In this document: positions 26,801 to 40,989 of the stretch, one piece after another
How the letters are laid out: the number at the start of each line of letters is the position of its first letter
How positions within the stretch are numbered: the first letter of the stretch is position 1
Source: the human T2T-CHM13v2.0 reference genome, Homo sapiens
Assembly (NCBI RefSeq): GCF_009914755.1
Contig: NC_060930.1
Length of the DNA stretch: 64,000 nt
Direction: 5' to 3' (one strand)
Made by a program: the position numbers and the translations under genes
The notes under the pieces: generated by a model
What the model was told of the DNA's origin: nothing
The model's database searches: none
The model's input: only the letters and a program-made list of their open reading frames with translations

Positions 26801-28262
26801 ACGGGACACACACACACACACACTATCTCTACCACCACCTCCACCACCACTGTCACCACTATCAATATCACTTCCCCCTCCCCACAAAAAGAAGACACAT
26901 ACACACGTATGGCACCATCACCACCACCACTTCCACCACCCCACATACAGAACAGAAACAGACACACAACACCACACCACCACCATCAGAACCCTATGCA
27001 CGGAAAAAACAAACACATACATATCATCACCACCACAACCATTGCCTCAATCATCACCACCACCATCATTCTCACTACCACCACCACCTCCACAGCCATT
27101 ACCACTATCATTATACCCTCCACCACCACCACCACAATCACAGTCTCAATCATTAATACCACCATCACCACCATCACCATCATCACCTCTACCAACACCA
27201 ACACCACCACACTGTCATCATCACTATCACCACCATTACCTCCATCACCACTGCCATCACCATTACCTCCACCACCATCCATCATGACCACTACCTTCAC
27301 TACCACCACCACCTCTACCACCACCTCTACCACCACCACCATCACTCCAATCATTACTACCATCACCATCACCACCACCACCATCACTACCAACACCATC
27401 ACCTTCACCACCGTCACCACCACCACCTCTATCACCACCATCATCACTCCAATCATTACTACAATCACCATCACCACCACCACCATCACTACCAACACCA
27501 TCACCTTCACCACCGTCACCACCACCTCTATCACCACCATCATCACTCCAATCATTACTACAATCACCATCACCACCACCACCATCACTACCAACACCAT
27601 CACCTTCACCACCATCACCACCACCATGGCCTCAAATCATTGATACCACCATCACAACCAACACTATCATTACCTCTACCAATACCACCACCACCATCAC
27701 CACCAGTACACAATCATCACCATTATCACAACCACTATTACCTCTACCACCATCACTACCACCACTACTACCACCACCACTATCACCTCTATCACCACCA
27801 TCACCTCAATCATTACTACCACCATCATCACTATTATCACCTCCACCATGACCACCATCATCTCCACCACCATCACCACCTCCATCACCATCATTAACAC
27901 TGTCACCACGATTACCTCCACCACCATCATGACCACCACCATCACCTCTACCACCACCACCATCATTCTAATCATTACTACCACCATCACCACCACCACC
28001 ACCCCCACCACCACCTCCACCACCATCACCACAATCATCACCACCACCACCATTACCACCATCACCACCATCACCACCACCATCACTCTAATCATTACTA
28101 CCACCATCTTCACCACCACCACCCCCACCACCACCTCCACCACCATCACTATAATCATCACCACCACTATTGCCTTCACAAACACCAACATTGCAACCAC
28201 CTCCCTACATACAGAACCCACACACACAAACATACACCACCACCATCATCACCCTCACCACC
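26800..28262. repeat. Degenerate (CAC/CAT)n low-complexity array
   Basis: Nearly G-free + strand with trinucleotide periodicity. Confidence 0.97.
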
Positions 28263-28544
28263 TTGGTTTGTTTCTCTTCAGATGTTCACTTTATACACTG
28301 GCCCTTCCTTGCATCTAGAACTTAATTGTGTCATGCACATACATTCTGATAATCCCCTTAGCATCTTGCTCCTATGTCAAGGCTCCTCCCCAGCTACACA
28401 CTGTGCCAAGAGTATCCTTACCCTCATTTCACCAAGTTTTCTTTCTTCTCATATTCAAGAAATTTTTGAAATCCTGATTCCTTTAAGAAATTTTCCTTTA
28501 TTGAAAGAGATAGTAGTTACTTTCATCTTCCTCAACTGTGCCTC

Positions 28545-28850
28545 TGCACATATTAGTACATATGACATACTTGCCCCATTCATTCATTCAACATTGATTC
28601 AGGGCTTCCCTGTATAAACTTGGTTCTTCCATTTGTTCATTTGTTCATTCATTCAGTGTTAAGTGCTTACCTGTACACAGTTGCCTCATCATTCATTCAT
28701 TCAGTGTTCATTAAGTGCTTCCATATTTATGCTTGCCTCTTCCATTCATTCATTCATTCATTCATTCATTCATTCAGTGTGATTAGGGCTTCCCTTATGT
28801 GTTCATCACTTAGGCCTGGAGAAACAAATAATCAATGTTCGGACTTGCAG
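28545..28850 (-). repeat. L2 3'-end-like sequence tandemly amplified, with (TTCA)n
   Basis: 4-5 units of ttcattcattca(g/a)..tt..t(a)ag(t/g)gctt.c. Confidence 0.7.
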
Positions 28851-29122
28851 GCTGTTAGGGACTTCCATGCTGAGTGTGTGTCTGTTGAATACAATTTTTC
28901 AGAAAGGGCTGTTTCCTTTCCTAGCAGGCGGCTAATAAGGTTTTGCCTTTCCAGAAGCCAAGGTATACCCATGCTGGGCCATCCTCCCTCAATTAAATGC
29001 AGTTGTGCAAACCAGGAAGGAGAGAGGAGCATGCGGCTGACTGCACGCGGTTAACACACTGCGGCGCCCCCAGAAACAGTCCTCCTGCAGCAGGTGCCTC
29101 AGAAATGAGCTTCTCTCTCCAG

Positions 29123-29498
29123 GTGAGTAAATTGAATGCCTCAGACTTTTCCTGCATTTAAACTGTCAACACCATATAGGAAAACGGACATAGTTAGATC
29201 TCGTGATACGCTGTCAAGTGAGAAAAGCCACTTGTACAACAGCATGAATTGTCTGAACCCACTTATATAACTCTGAGTGTGTGTGTGTGTGCATGTGTGT
29301 GCATGTTGTGTTTGAACACAGGCAGAAACGGGAGGGAGTTCAGTAACATTTTGGTGGTACATCTTAGGTGAGGTGATTGGGTGTGGGGAGGTGGTAGTTT
29401 TACTCCATGATTGCAAAGAATGTAGTATTTGGGGTTAAAATAATTAGAGCTCAACTAACTCCTCGTTCTGATGCTACCAAATTTGTTCTCTTTGACAG
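29123..29498 (+). ncRNA. Candidate intron of a spliced + strand non-coding transcript
   Basis: Donor CAG|GTGAGT (29123), branch point CTAAC (29455-29459), AG-free pyrimidine tract, acceptor ttctctttgacAG| (29498). No coding frame evident. Confidence 0.5.
29277..29312. repeat. Imperfect (TG)n
   Basis: Read directly. Confidence 0.85.
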
Positions 29499-32400
29499 GC
29501 TCATGCTCTGACACTTGACTTTCTCAGCTGTAAGATGGGAATAACAGTGGCGCCTTCCATGTAGATATATGTTAGGGTTGATGAGATGGCGTCTGGCATA
29601 AAATCAATGCTCAAGGAATGTTTGGATTTCAAGTTGTTCTCTATTTTGAAATCTATATGTGCATTTATCTTTTAAAGTTTGTTTTTCCTTTGCTCATCAT
29701 GATTGAAGCCTAGGACCCCCTTGTCACTTTCTCTTAAAGGCCGTGCCATCTAATACAGCATCGTTTCTGATGCAAAGTCAGAGCAGAGTGGCCGCCAGTT
29801 GTCAGAGTCTACAACTGCATATGGATTTTTTTTTTTCTTTTCTTTTTTGGTGAGAGTAACACCAGGAAGCAGGACACAGAGATGGAGATTCCCCCACCTG
29901 CGTTTCCGTCATACCCTCTGTCCTGCCTGCAGTTTCCATCACAATGCTACCCAGAGCTGCTTCTATGAACAGCCGGGTGGGAAGGAAGGGGGCTGAGAAC
30001 ATTGGCCTCAGCTCTGCATAAAGCACCACAAGGAAACTCACGCAAGGGGCCCCTTGAGCTAAGCCGGGTGTGGATTCCACCACTGATAAGGACGCCAACA
30101 TTCTGGTGGTGATTTGGTTTCAGTGCTTGGTGACTGGGGGGATTCTTAGGTATATCCTGTGTCTTTCTGTCAGGAATCTACTTCTGTGCAATCAGGAGGG
30201 ATGGGATCCTTCTGGGCAGTCAGGAGGGATGGGATCCTTCTGTGCTCCTCACAAAACCCAAATGCCTCCAGGTGGAATGAGGAGGGTGTCAACAACTCAC
30301 GGCACACCTCAGGCCTCCCATGCGACATTTTCCAAAGCATAGAGCTGGGCTTTCACTTCAGCTCGCTGGTTTATAATGAATACTACACATCTCAGCACCT
30401 TGCGCAGACCAGTCTGCGGCCCTGCGTAAGCCTCTGCCTTGAAGAAGAGAGGCTCGGGTCCTGGGTCAGTTGGCACCTCTCCCTGCCACAGCAGCTCCGA
30501 GCCAGAGCCTTCGAAAAGGCAACCTGGACACGTCCTGACCTGGCCAGGAGGCATTGCCCAGCCCACCACTCGTAGGAGGCCCTAGCAAAGTTTTCACTGG
30601 AATCATCTCCTCTTTTACAAAATTGCCTGAATCAGAAAAAAATGACACATTTCAACCTTTCCCTGTTTTGATAAGCCTGGTGACCCATTTAGGCCACTCC
30701 TAAGCAACTTTGGCCAGGAAAACAAGAATTAGACTTTGCTAAGTGTCCAGGTCCCTCCACGGGCAAGCCCCAGACTGGCGTTGTGTGTTCTAGGTGCACA
30801 CACACCCATGCGTGTGTCCTACACATGGATTACACTTCGAGTAGACGTGTTAGAGACGTAGATATGCTCATTTATCATGTGCACATACTGTTTTTACATA
30901 CATAATAAATATATAATCTATATTACATTCATATACATTTCTATTTTTATGTATGAAATATACACATTCTAAAATTCACATCGGGATACTAACGGTCCTT
31001 TGTCTATTCTAGACCACTCCTGGGCTGGCTCCTGGGTCACTCTGGGAGAAGCTCCAAACTGCTGTCTGTTAGGAAGAATTAGGGCCCCTCAGAGCCTGGG
31101 CGGAGGCTGTCTGCCTCACACGGAGAGGGGAACCCAGAGGCGCTTCCCTCTGTCCCCCAGGACTCAGGCTATCAGAAGCAGGGAGGAGTCAGAGGTGGGG
31201 CCTTTCAGCTACTCTTCCTAGTCACCGAGCCTGTGGAAGGAAGAAGAAATGAGGCTGAAAGCAGGGACAGAACTCTCAGAAGATGACCAGGGTCAGCAGC
31301 CTCTGTGATTGGCAGGGTAGGAGTCCACAGTTCTCCGGCAACATCCGTCCTCATCACCCACACCGGAGAGGCTCCGCTCACTCCACTCTGCCCAGCACAT
31401 ACGAGCCACGCAGGCCCGCACGCCCCACTACCCACCCCAGGGGAGCAGCGACCTCGGGCTCTGCCCCGCCCACCCTGCCCACCTGCAGGGGTTCCATCCG
31501 GAGGGTGTGCTGGGCGCCACCCCGCACTCTGATTGGACAGCAGAGTTGATCAGTTCTAACTTCACACTGCAAGCTATTTATAGGCCTCAGCCACAGCCTT
31601 AAATAACAGGGAAATTATCACACAGTTATCTGAAGCCACGAAAACTTTCTCACAGCATTTTTTATTTACGACTTGGCCATCACTCCTGGAAACTGCTGAT
31701 GGCTGCATGACCATGTAGGTCTGAGACTTGGAGGGTCCCCCGTCCCCTCCCCACCCTCCAGCTGGCCTCCTCCTCGGTCCCCCAGACCGCCCTTGCTCAC
31801 CGACACCCTCTCCTTCGGAGCCTCACAGACCCCTGAACAACACATATCACGCTTTGCAATTTTAAATTACCGTAGTACCCATTTAGTATAAATTCTGCTT
31901 TTCCTCCCAAACAAACTATGGGATTATTTTTCTGATTATAAAATAACCCACTTTAACAGTGCCTGAAACAAGAACACTGTTCACGGGCTGACAGCTTTTT
32001 GTTCGAATTGTTAAGTAATATTTTCACTTGATTCAAAATGTAAAACTACAGGACACATGTGGCAGATCATTTCCTCCAGAGGCCGCAGAGGTAACCGGTT
32101 CCCTGTGTACTGCACGGTTCAAGAGCTATTGTAGCATATAAAGATAAACGCACAGGCAGCATTAGGTAAAGCCTTAAAGAAGAAAATGAGACTTGCCCCT
32201 AGCCTCACCCCTGGGGAAGAGCCACATGGACCCAGGGTCACCTCCTCAGGCGTTCTCCCGAATCATAAGAGATTCTCCCAGGTTTGTCTGTTAACAACAC
32301 TTCAACACACGGTACCCCTGACTTTGAATTCTTCTTTATTTTTCATTAAAGACTCTGCAGAAATGGATAATGAGTGGAAGAGTTGAGATCTGACCCAATC

Positions 32401-32671
32401 CAATGTATCTAAGTTTTTATTTGCTTTGCTCCAATAGGAAAGCCTGTTATTTTTAATGTTTCTATTTGCTTTCCTGTGTCATCTTATATATTATCACATG
32501 TTAACGATAGGTTCAAATTATAGAACCTTCCCCATATTTAACAGGAATCTCCACTTTTTTTCTTTCCTATTTCTCCCCAGCTAGACTTCAGGGGTTGATT
32601 CCAAAGTGGGAAGGTCCTCGTGTCCCCCGACGACCAGCACTGCTTCACTCCAGGTGACTAAGAAAGAAGGG

Positions 32672-32994
<323 letters not shown>

Positions 32995-34174
32995 TTATAG
33001 ACTCTACTGGGGATAACATTAAAGAACATGCATTCAATGGGAGAACTGATGGCAATGAAATGAGCCAATGCCACCTGCATGCCGCAGAGTAGGGGAGCCC
33101 CCAGAACCCAACCATGCATCTGTCTCCGTCCACACACATGGGACCCTGTGGACCGGGGTGCACAGCACAGGCAACATACGTGAGGAAGGGTAGAGAGATG
33201 CTTCCCATTGAGCCAAGGACCATGCCTTCCTCCTGCGGGACAGTTTGTGATCACCATCACCCACAGGACCGTCTATACACTGACCTGAGCGGTAGTAGTG
33301 TGGTTCACCTTGAGATTGTATTTTCTACATTTTTACAAAGCAAGTAAAAATAAAAGAATAAACATAAACAGAACATCTGGCACCAGAGAAAGAAATTCAG
33401 ACAATTCACAAAGTTGCGAAGGAGGGGAGACAGACACCTACACGAATTTGTTACAATTGTTATAAACTTTCTTAATATCTCACTGTCTGGACACTTGAGT
33501 CATTAATTCACTTTTTATCACAGAAAAGTTTAATATTGGACTTTAATTTCTTCAAGTCTTTTTGATCAAGAAACCTCAATATTACATCACAACCTCAGAT
33601 TTTTATCAATCCAACTTCCTGTAAGCCAACAAAGAATATTAGAGAATTCAATGGAATTAATAGTAAAAATCGTCCAAATGAGATTTTTAACTTTCCCCCA
33701 AATTTTAAGTTAAGCTGTTTCTTTAGTTTCACATTATTGGGCTGCCAAAGAGCCAACTCGTGAAGGCATCAACACATCTGGAGTATCCTGCAAGTTAACG
33801 GGAATACCATGTCCACACTTCACTTCCACCTTCAGGGCTCCCATGGTGACTCCCAGTCATTGCTAGCCCAGGATCAGAAGTTTATATTTCCTCAAAAAAC
33901 CAACACTGATCATTCAAAAAATAAAGAGAAAAGATGCAAATTTTGACTGAGTTTGGTAAGCCATGCCATGACTCCAAAACCGTTTTTGCATTTTGTGACC
34001 AATTTACAGAAACAGGAAGGAAGCACAGTCACATTCCTCTAGATGACTCAAGGAATAGAGTTTAACAAAGCTCCCACAGTAGGGTGTGATTTTGTCAGAA
34101 TACAAAAAAGCTGATCAATGGCTGCTTTTTCATTTGGACCTAAATAGGACTGGGGCCAGCGATTAGTTCTGGAT

Positions 34175-34639
34175 TCCAGGGGCAGAGGAAAGCATGCTGA
34201 CCGGTGCACACATTATCGTTGTCCAGGGGCAGAGGGGAGCATACTGACCGGTGCACACATTATCTCTATTCAGGGTTAGAGGAGAGCATGCTGACCAGTC
34301 CACACTTTATCACTGTCCAGGGGCAGAGGAGAGCATGCTGACCAGTGCACACACATTATCACTGTCCAGGGGCAGAGGAGAGCGTGCTGACTGGTGCACA
34401 CATTATCACTGTCCAGGGGCAGAGGGGAGCATGCTGACTGGTGCGCACGCATTATTGCAAGGAGAGCATGCTGACCGGTGCACACATTATCGCTGTCCAG
34501 GGTTAGAGAGGAGCATACTGACCAGTGCGCACACATTATCGCTGTCCAGGGGCAGAGGACAGCATGCTGACCGGTGCACACATTATCGCTGCCCAGGGTT
34601 AGAGCAGAGCATGCTGACCAGTGTGCACACATTTTCGCT
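34175..34639. repeat. 47-bp minisatellite x~10
   Basis: Unit tccaggggcagaggagagcatgctgaccggtgcacacattatcgctg; one unit internally deleted. Confidence 0.95.
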
Positions 34640-35668
34640 GCAGCTCATTGTAGTTATGGGGAGTTTTTCACTTTGCTTTTCATTTTGCAGCTGAATGCAT
34701 GTGAGACAAATGTCCCTACCTGAAGGCTCCTTGAGCTCCTGGCCCAGACCCTTCGATGACCACCGCCGTGAAGGTCATTGGTCTTCCAGGAAGGGAGCCA
34801 GGCCCCCTGGGCCTCTTTCTCCTGGGGGGTGTGGCTCAGCAGCCCCCACTGGAGCTCATTACTGAGCAGCTTCTCCCTAAGCCTGAGGCACCCCTCCCTT
34901 CCTTTTCTGTCTCCTTCTGTACCCAGTGATTGGCCACCTCCACTTTTTCTTGGGAGTTGGTGGGCAAGAAGGGAAGAGGAGTTAGATCATGGCCAATTCA
35001 ACTCCTTTTGAGACATTTCAATAAATTTGAATAATTTATTTCAATAAGGAACTGTGCCCTCCTCCTTTGCAGCTCAGAAATGCTGAGATTTGAGAGTCGG
35101 TCTAGCACCCAGCACCGAGGCCACTCTCTGTTGGGTCTAAGAATCCCTTCAGGGCCTGGGAGACACCCAACTGTGTCCTTTTCCAGAGTTCTTTGCACTG
35201 TTTTCCACTCCTCTTCCCCCAACTGTTCTGGAAACAAGTGCCAAAGTACATGCCACATGGAAGTAGCTGATAACCAGCTCCGTGTTTCCTGCTAAACTGG
35301 GACAATTGAAAGTTAAATTTTCACATAAACCATTGCCCCAGCTGGGGCAGACCCCAGGCCTGCCTGAGATTTATTTCTGCAAAGTCCTGGAAAACCCAGT
35401 AAACAGTATGAGAGTCCCCACAGTTGTGCGGTTGTGAGGAAAGCAAAAATTATGAAGCTGTCCACCAATAAAGGGACAGCCAGACACCCCTCTCTGCTTC
35501 AATGTCATGTCTGACTCTGCCCAGTGTGGCTACGTCTTTGGAAGTCAGTGCATCACGGAGCTGTCGCTGCAACAGGCTGTGGGACAGGTGACTCCAAAAC
35601 TCCAACCTATGCCAGGAAACTCGATTCTGTGCTCACAACCTGCAGGTCCACAGTGGTTCATGTGATTA

Positions 35669-36003
<335 letters not shown>

Positions 36004-36029
36004 AAAACCTGGCCTGGGGCAGGTGGCTG

Positions 36030-36260
36030 TTTTGTAAGCGAGGTTTGCCTGGTCTTGGGTGCAAGCTGCAGGCTGGGTTTAAGTCTTCTCCTAGTGCCTC
36101 TCATCCTCCTTAGACGCATTCTTCTCAGGAGCCCAAGGTCCGAGCCAAGCACACGATTCATTCAGAGCTTCTGATCACATCATGGCCACCCACACTCCAT
36201 TGGCCAAGGCCAGTCACATGACCAAACCCAAAGTCTGTAGGGCAGGGAAGGGGGAGCGGA
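36030..36260 (-). mobile_element. Old MLT1 (J/K/L-like) LTR fragment
   Basis: ccattggccaaggccagtcacatgaccaaaccc. Confidence 0.65.
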
Positions 36261-36859
36261 GGGCAATATCTGCTGATACTCAGCTCAACACAGAAGGGCT
36301 GGTACAGCAGCTCCTCACTGGCTGGAAGGTTGAACATTGGTACACAGTGAGAACTAACTACAAAATAAAATACAAATCTCGCAGGAGGCATGATCCCGCA
36401 TGAGACGGCTATTCTACCCTCACCCACAGAAACAAGGCTGGGAAGGTCATCTTCAGTTGGCAGTGGACGAGGAACGCAACACAGACCATGGCAAACCACA
36501 AATTCCCAGAAGATGATCTGAGTATCAGAGAGAGGCCCTTGGGAAGGCTGACACAGACATTCACAGAAGCTACCTAGGGTGAAAGGCAGGATCACGTCAC
36601 GTAAAATTCTACTGGGAAAATGACACCAACCCCCCAACGCCCATTTGATTCCTTTCTCATTTCTTTTAAGTACTAGTCAGAAGTGAAAACTTAATTTTCC
36701 TGTATATGTGAGAAAATACATTTATGTGCCTATCTTCTGATTTTCACCTTTCAAGATAATGTCCCAAACCAAACTGGTTATCACTATTTTTTTGATTTTC
36801 TGGTACTCCCTTTAAGCAAATTCACCGTAAGTGAATAACAAGGACCTTCCGAATACAGG

Positions 36860-37062
36860 TACAGAGTGCAGGCTCTGCAACCAGGAGACTTTGGTTCCAA
36901 TCCCCATGCGTCTTTGATCACTGTGTGATGTCTGGTGTGTTATTGAACCTCTCTGGCTGTGTTCTCACCCACTCCTCATTGAAAGGATTAGATGGGGCGA
37001 TATATTTAAAACAGAATTCCTAGCATGTGGTAGCACTCAGTAAATGCTAGGTGTTACTGTTA
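36860..37062 (+). mobile_element. MIR
   Basis: caggctctg...ctgtgtga...gaacctctctg...gcactcagtaaatgctag. Confidence 0.7.
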
Positions 37063-37929
37063 AGATTACTAGACCATTCTTGGCACTTAAACTTTCATAT
37101 ATTCTCTTTATTATTTTAGGACATCTAATTGTAATAAAGTTTATATAACTGAACTAAGCAAATGTCCCGAACCAAAGCTGCCTACACGTTTCGGACGATA
37201 CCTTTACCGGGCTTTCTGAAACTTTTTTATGGAAAAAGATTTTTCTGGAATTTTTCATGGAACTTTTGCTTTCCATAAGCAAAAGAGGATAAAAACACAG
37301 CAGAAATATGTTATTAATGCAAAAACTTAGCATGCACTGACAGGATATAATTAACTATCTTCCGAAGTTCCATGCAGCTGGGTGTAAAACACACGTGCTC
37401 TGCGATGCTGTGGGAAGCAGAAAGTGCTGTGACAGACAGAAGGGGGTGCTGGAATTCAGGCCGCTGACACGTGGAAGAGGGTGTCCCCCAGCCCTCCCTG
37501 CACTCCGTCCTTCCCCCCGTCACCTCCATGTGTGCTCAGGACGGGAGCAGCTGTGGGCAAACAGATGCTGTTGTGAAAAAAAAAACAGAGGGAAAGGAAG
37601 AAGTGGAGGTGGGAGGGGGCCCACTGCTTCTTACACCTTGCTACTGCAAAGACATCAGAGTCTATTCTGAATTTTTCAGCATTTGAAGTCAAACCAGTCA
37701 AAGTGCTAAAGCTAATTATGTGAGCAGGTGGCTGTCGACACTTTTCAGGGAGAAAAATATGTGTGCGAGTCCTGCCAGCCTTCACAGCCAGCGGGTCACC
37801 GAGAAGCTATGTGTGTGAGGCTGAGAAACCCACACAGGCAGTGAGACAGCTCAGCCCTGGGCAGGAGAGGGATCCCAGGCGGAGGGGGCGGCCTGGACAG
37901 AGCCATGGAGACACAAGAGAGCAGGGGCG

Positions 37930-39850
37930 TGAGTGTGAGAGGGAGTGTGTGGTGTGTGCCTGTGTGTGAATGTGTTAGTGTATGTGGTGTGTTTGTGAAT
38001 GTGTGTGTTGTGTGTGCCCTTGTGTATGTGGAGTGTGTGTGTGTGTTTGGTGTGTGCACGTGTGTGAATGTGTGGTGCATGTGTGTATGTGTGTGCAGTG
38101 TGTGTGTGGTGTATGTCTGTATGTATGTGTGTGAGTGTATGTGGTGTGGGTGTGTGTGCATGTGTATGGAGTATGTATGAATGCGTGTGTGGTGTGTGTG
38201 ATATAAGTGTGTGTGTGGTGTATGTGAGTTTGTGTGGTATGTGTGGTGTATGTGTGAGTGTATGTGTTGTGTGAGTGTATGTGCATGTGTATGGAGTATG
38301 TATGAGTGCGTGTGTGTGTGGTGTGTGCGTATGTGGTGTGTGTGTGCATGTATATGGAGTATGAGTGTATGTGTGGTGTGTGTGTGGTATGAGTGTGTGT
38401 GGTGTATGTGTGTGTGGTGTGTGTGTGGTGTGTGTGTGGTGTATGTGTGTGTATGTGTGAGTGTATGTGGTGTGTGAATGTGTGTGTTGTGTGTGCCCTT
38501 GTGTATGTGGAGTGTGTGTGTGTTTGGTGTGTGTACGTGTGTGAATGTGTGTGGTGCATGTGTGTATGTGTGTGCAGTGTGTGTGTGGTGTATGTCTGTA
38601 TGTATGTGTGTGAGTGTATGTGGTGCGGGTGTGTGTGCATGTGTATGGAGTATGTATGAATGTGTGTGTGGTGTGTGTGATATAAGTGTGTGTGTGGTGT
38701 ATGTGAGTTTGTGTGGTATGTGTGGTGTATGTGTGAGTGTATGTGTTGTGTGAGTGTATGTGCATGTGTATGGAGTATGTATGAGTGCGTGTGTGTGTGG
38801 TGTGTGCGTATGTGGTGTGTGTGCATGTATATGGAGTATGAGTGTATGTGTGGTGTGTGTGTGGTATGAGTGTGTGTGGTGTGTGTGTGGTGTGTGTGTG
38901 GTGTATGAGTGTGTGCATGTGTGAGTGTATGTGGTGTGTGAATGTGTGTGTTGTGTGTGCCCTTGTGTATGCGGAGTGTGTGTGTATGCGTGTGTTTGGT
39001 GTGTGCACGTGTGAATGTGTGTGGTGCATGTGTATGTGAGTGTGTGCAGTGTGTGTGGTGTATGTCTGTGTGTGAGTGTATGTGGTGTGTGTGTGCATGT
39101 GTATGTAGTATGAGTGTGCGGTGTGTGTGATATGAGTGTGTGTGTGGTGTATGTGTGTGGTATGAGTGTGTGTGAGTGTGTGATGTGTGTGGTGGGTATG
39201 TGCATGTGTATGTAGTATGAGTGCGTGTGCAGTGTGAGTGACATGAGTGTGTGTGTGGTGTATGTGTGTGGTATGAGTGTGTGTGAGTGTGGTGTGTGTA
39301 TGTGGTGGGTGAATGTGTATGTGCATATGTATGGAGTATGTATGAGTGCGTGTATGGTGTGTGTGGTATGAGTGTGTGGTGTGTGTGTGGTATGAGTGTG
39401 TGGTGTGTGTCAGTGTATGTGGTGTGTGTGCATGTGTATGGAGTATATATGAGTGCGTGTGTGGTGTGTGTGGTATGAGTGTGTGGTGTGTGTGTGGTAT
39501 GTGTGTGGTGTGTGTGTCAGTGTATGTGGTGTGTGTGCATGTGTATGGAGTATATATGAGTGCGTGTGTGGTGTGTGTGTGCATGTGTATGGAGTATAAG
39601 TGCGTGTGTGGTATGAGTGTGTGTGTGTGGTGTGTGTGTGAGAGTGTATGTGGTGTGTGTGCATGTGTGTGGAGTACATATGAGTGCGTGTGATGTGTGT
39701 GTGGTATGAGTGTGTGTGGTGCATGTGTGATGTGTGTGTGGTGTGTGTGTGTGTGTGTGGTATGAGAGTGTATGTGTGTGGTGTGTGGTGTGCGTGCGTG
39801 GTGTGTGAGAGTTTATGTGGGGTATGAATGTGTGTGTGAGTGTGTGTGTC
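37930..39850. repeat. 1.9-kb degenerate (GT)-rich array with ~470-bp higher-order repeats
   Basis: Landmark gcccttgtgtat at 38016, 38495 and 38959. Confidence 0.95.
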
Positions 39851-40989
39851 TCTTGACCTGCAAGTAGCCCAGCATTGCCTACACGTATGTTGCAAGATGG
39901 AAAAGAGCAGAAATGAAGTGGAGAGGGCAGAGGGAAAGTTAAAGGGGCTGTCCTGGAGGTCAGCGCTGACATGCAAGGCGAGGGATCAACCCTCTCCGAA
40001 TTGGATGACAACGGGCACTCGTCCAGGAAAAGCACACGTATGTGCACATTCACACAGAGGCGCGTCCAGCATAATACAATCGGGGGTACTCACATACCAC
40101 AAGCAAGCAAGCAGCTCCCGCGTTTTCGCCAGGCAGAGGGGCTGCGGGGAAGACAGCGCACCAGTCTGTCCCCACGGTGGGATGCAGAAGGGGACTCGCA
40201 AGGGGAAATTGAGAGGAGGATCCCAGGATGGCCAAGAGTGCCCCACCCCCACGACCACTACCATGAAAACAGAATGCACACTCCCCCCTCCGCCTCGCCA
40301 CAGGCCCCCCATGACTTCAGACAATAGAAAGTGAGTTCATGGCAAACGCCCACGACTTAAGTTGCAGCTCAGAGGAAGCAGGCGTAAGCCGAATGGAAGG
40401 GGAAGAATCCACACCGTATCAGAACCACCAGGAGGGCTGGACGGGGCTGATAAGAAATCAGAGGGCCACAGGGAAAAGGAAGAAGGCGGCACGGGGCGCT
40501 AGACCACGGCCCAGCCTGGGAGCAGCTAACCCATGGCCAGGCGGAAACCCCCACAGGCACTTCCCCAGCTAAGAGGATGTGATTGCCATTGGCCAGGGGA
40601 GGGCAGGTGAGGCGGGGCTGTGGTGGTGTTGCAGGAAGGGACGGAGAGGCCCCATAGGGAAACAGAACTGGGTAGAGCCCTCAGAAGGCAGCTGTCAGGG
40701 AAATACTCCTGCCCACAGGGGCGATGGTGTTGGCAACGGCATCGAGACCTGAACAGGCTGTGGTCCGGCAGAGCGGGGAGGTCGTGATGGTACTGGCCGG
40801 ACAGCGGCTCTGAATATGGCGCATTTGTGAGACGTCGTGGGCATCTATGGCATGTGTAGGACAAAGGCTGGCTATTCCTCCTCGCCTTCCCACTTTGACT
40901 TCAGATACGGCGTGTCATCTCCCGTCTTCCCCTTGCATCTCTGGACGCCCGTTCTTTACTTTCTCCCCAACTTGTGCTCCTCTGCCTGG

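Noticed and set aside
25710-28318. 525-aa Pro-rich and 543-aa mucin-like Thr-rich ORFs
   Set aside because: Overlapping frames are all open because the CAC repeat rarely forms stops. No signal peptide, domain or splice context.
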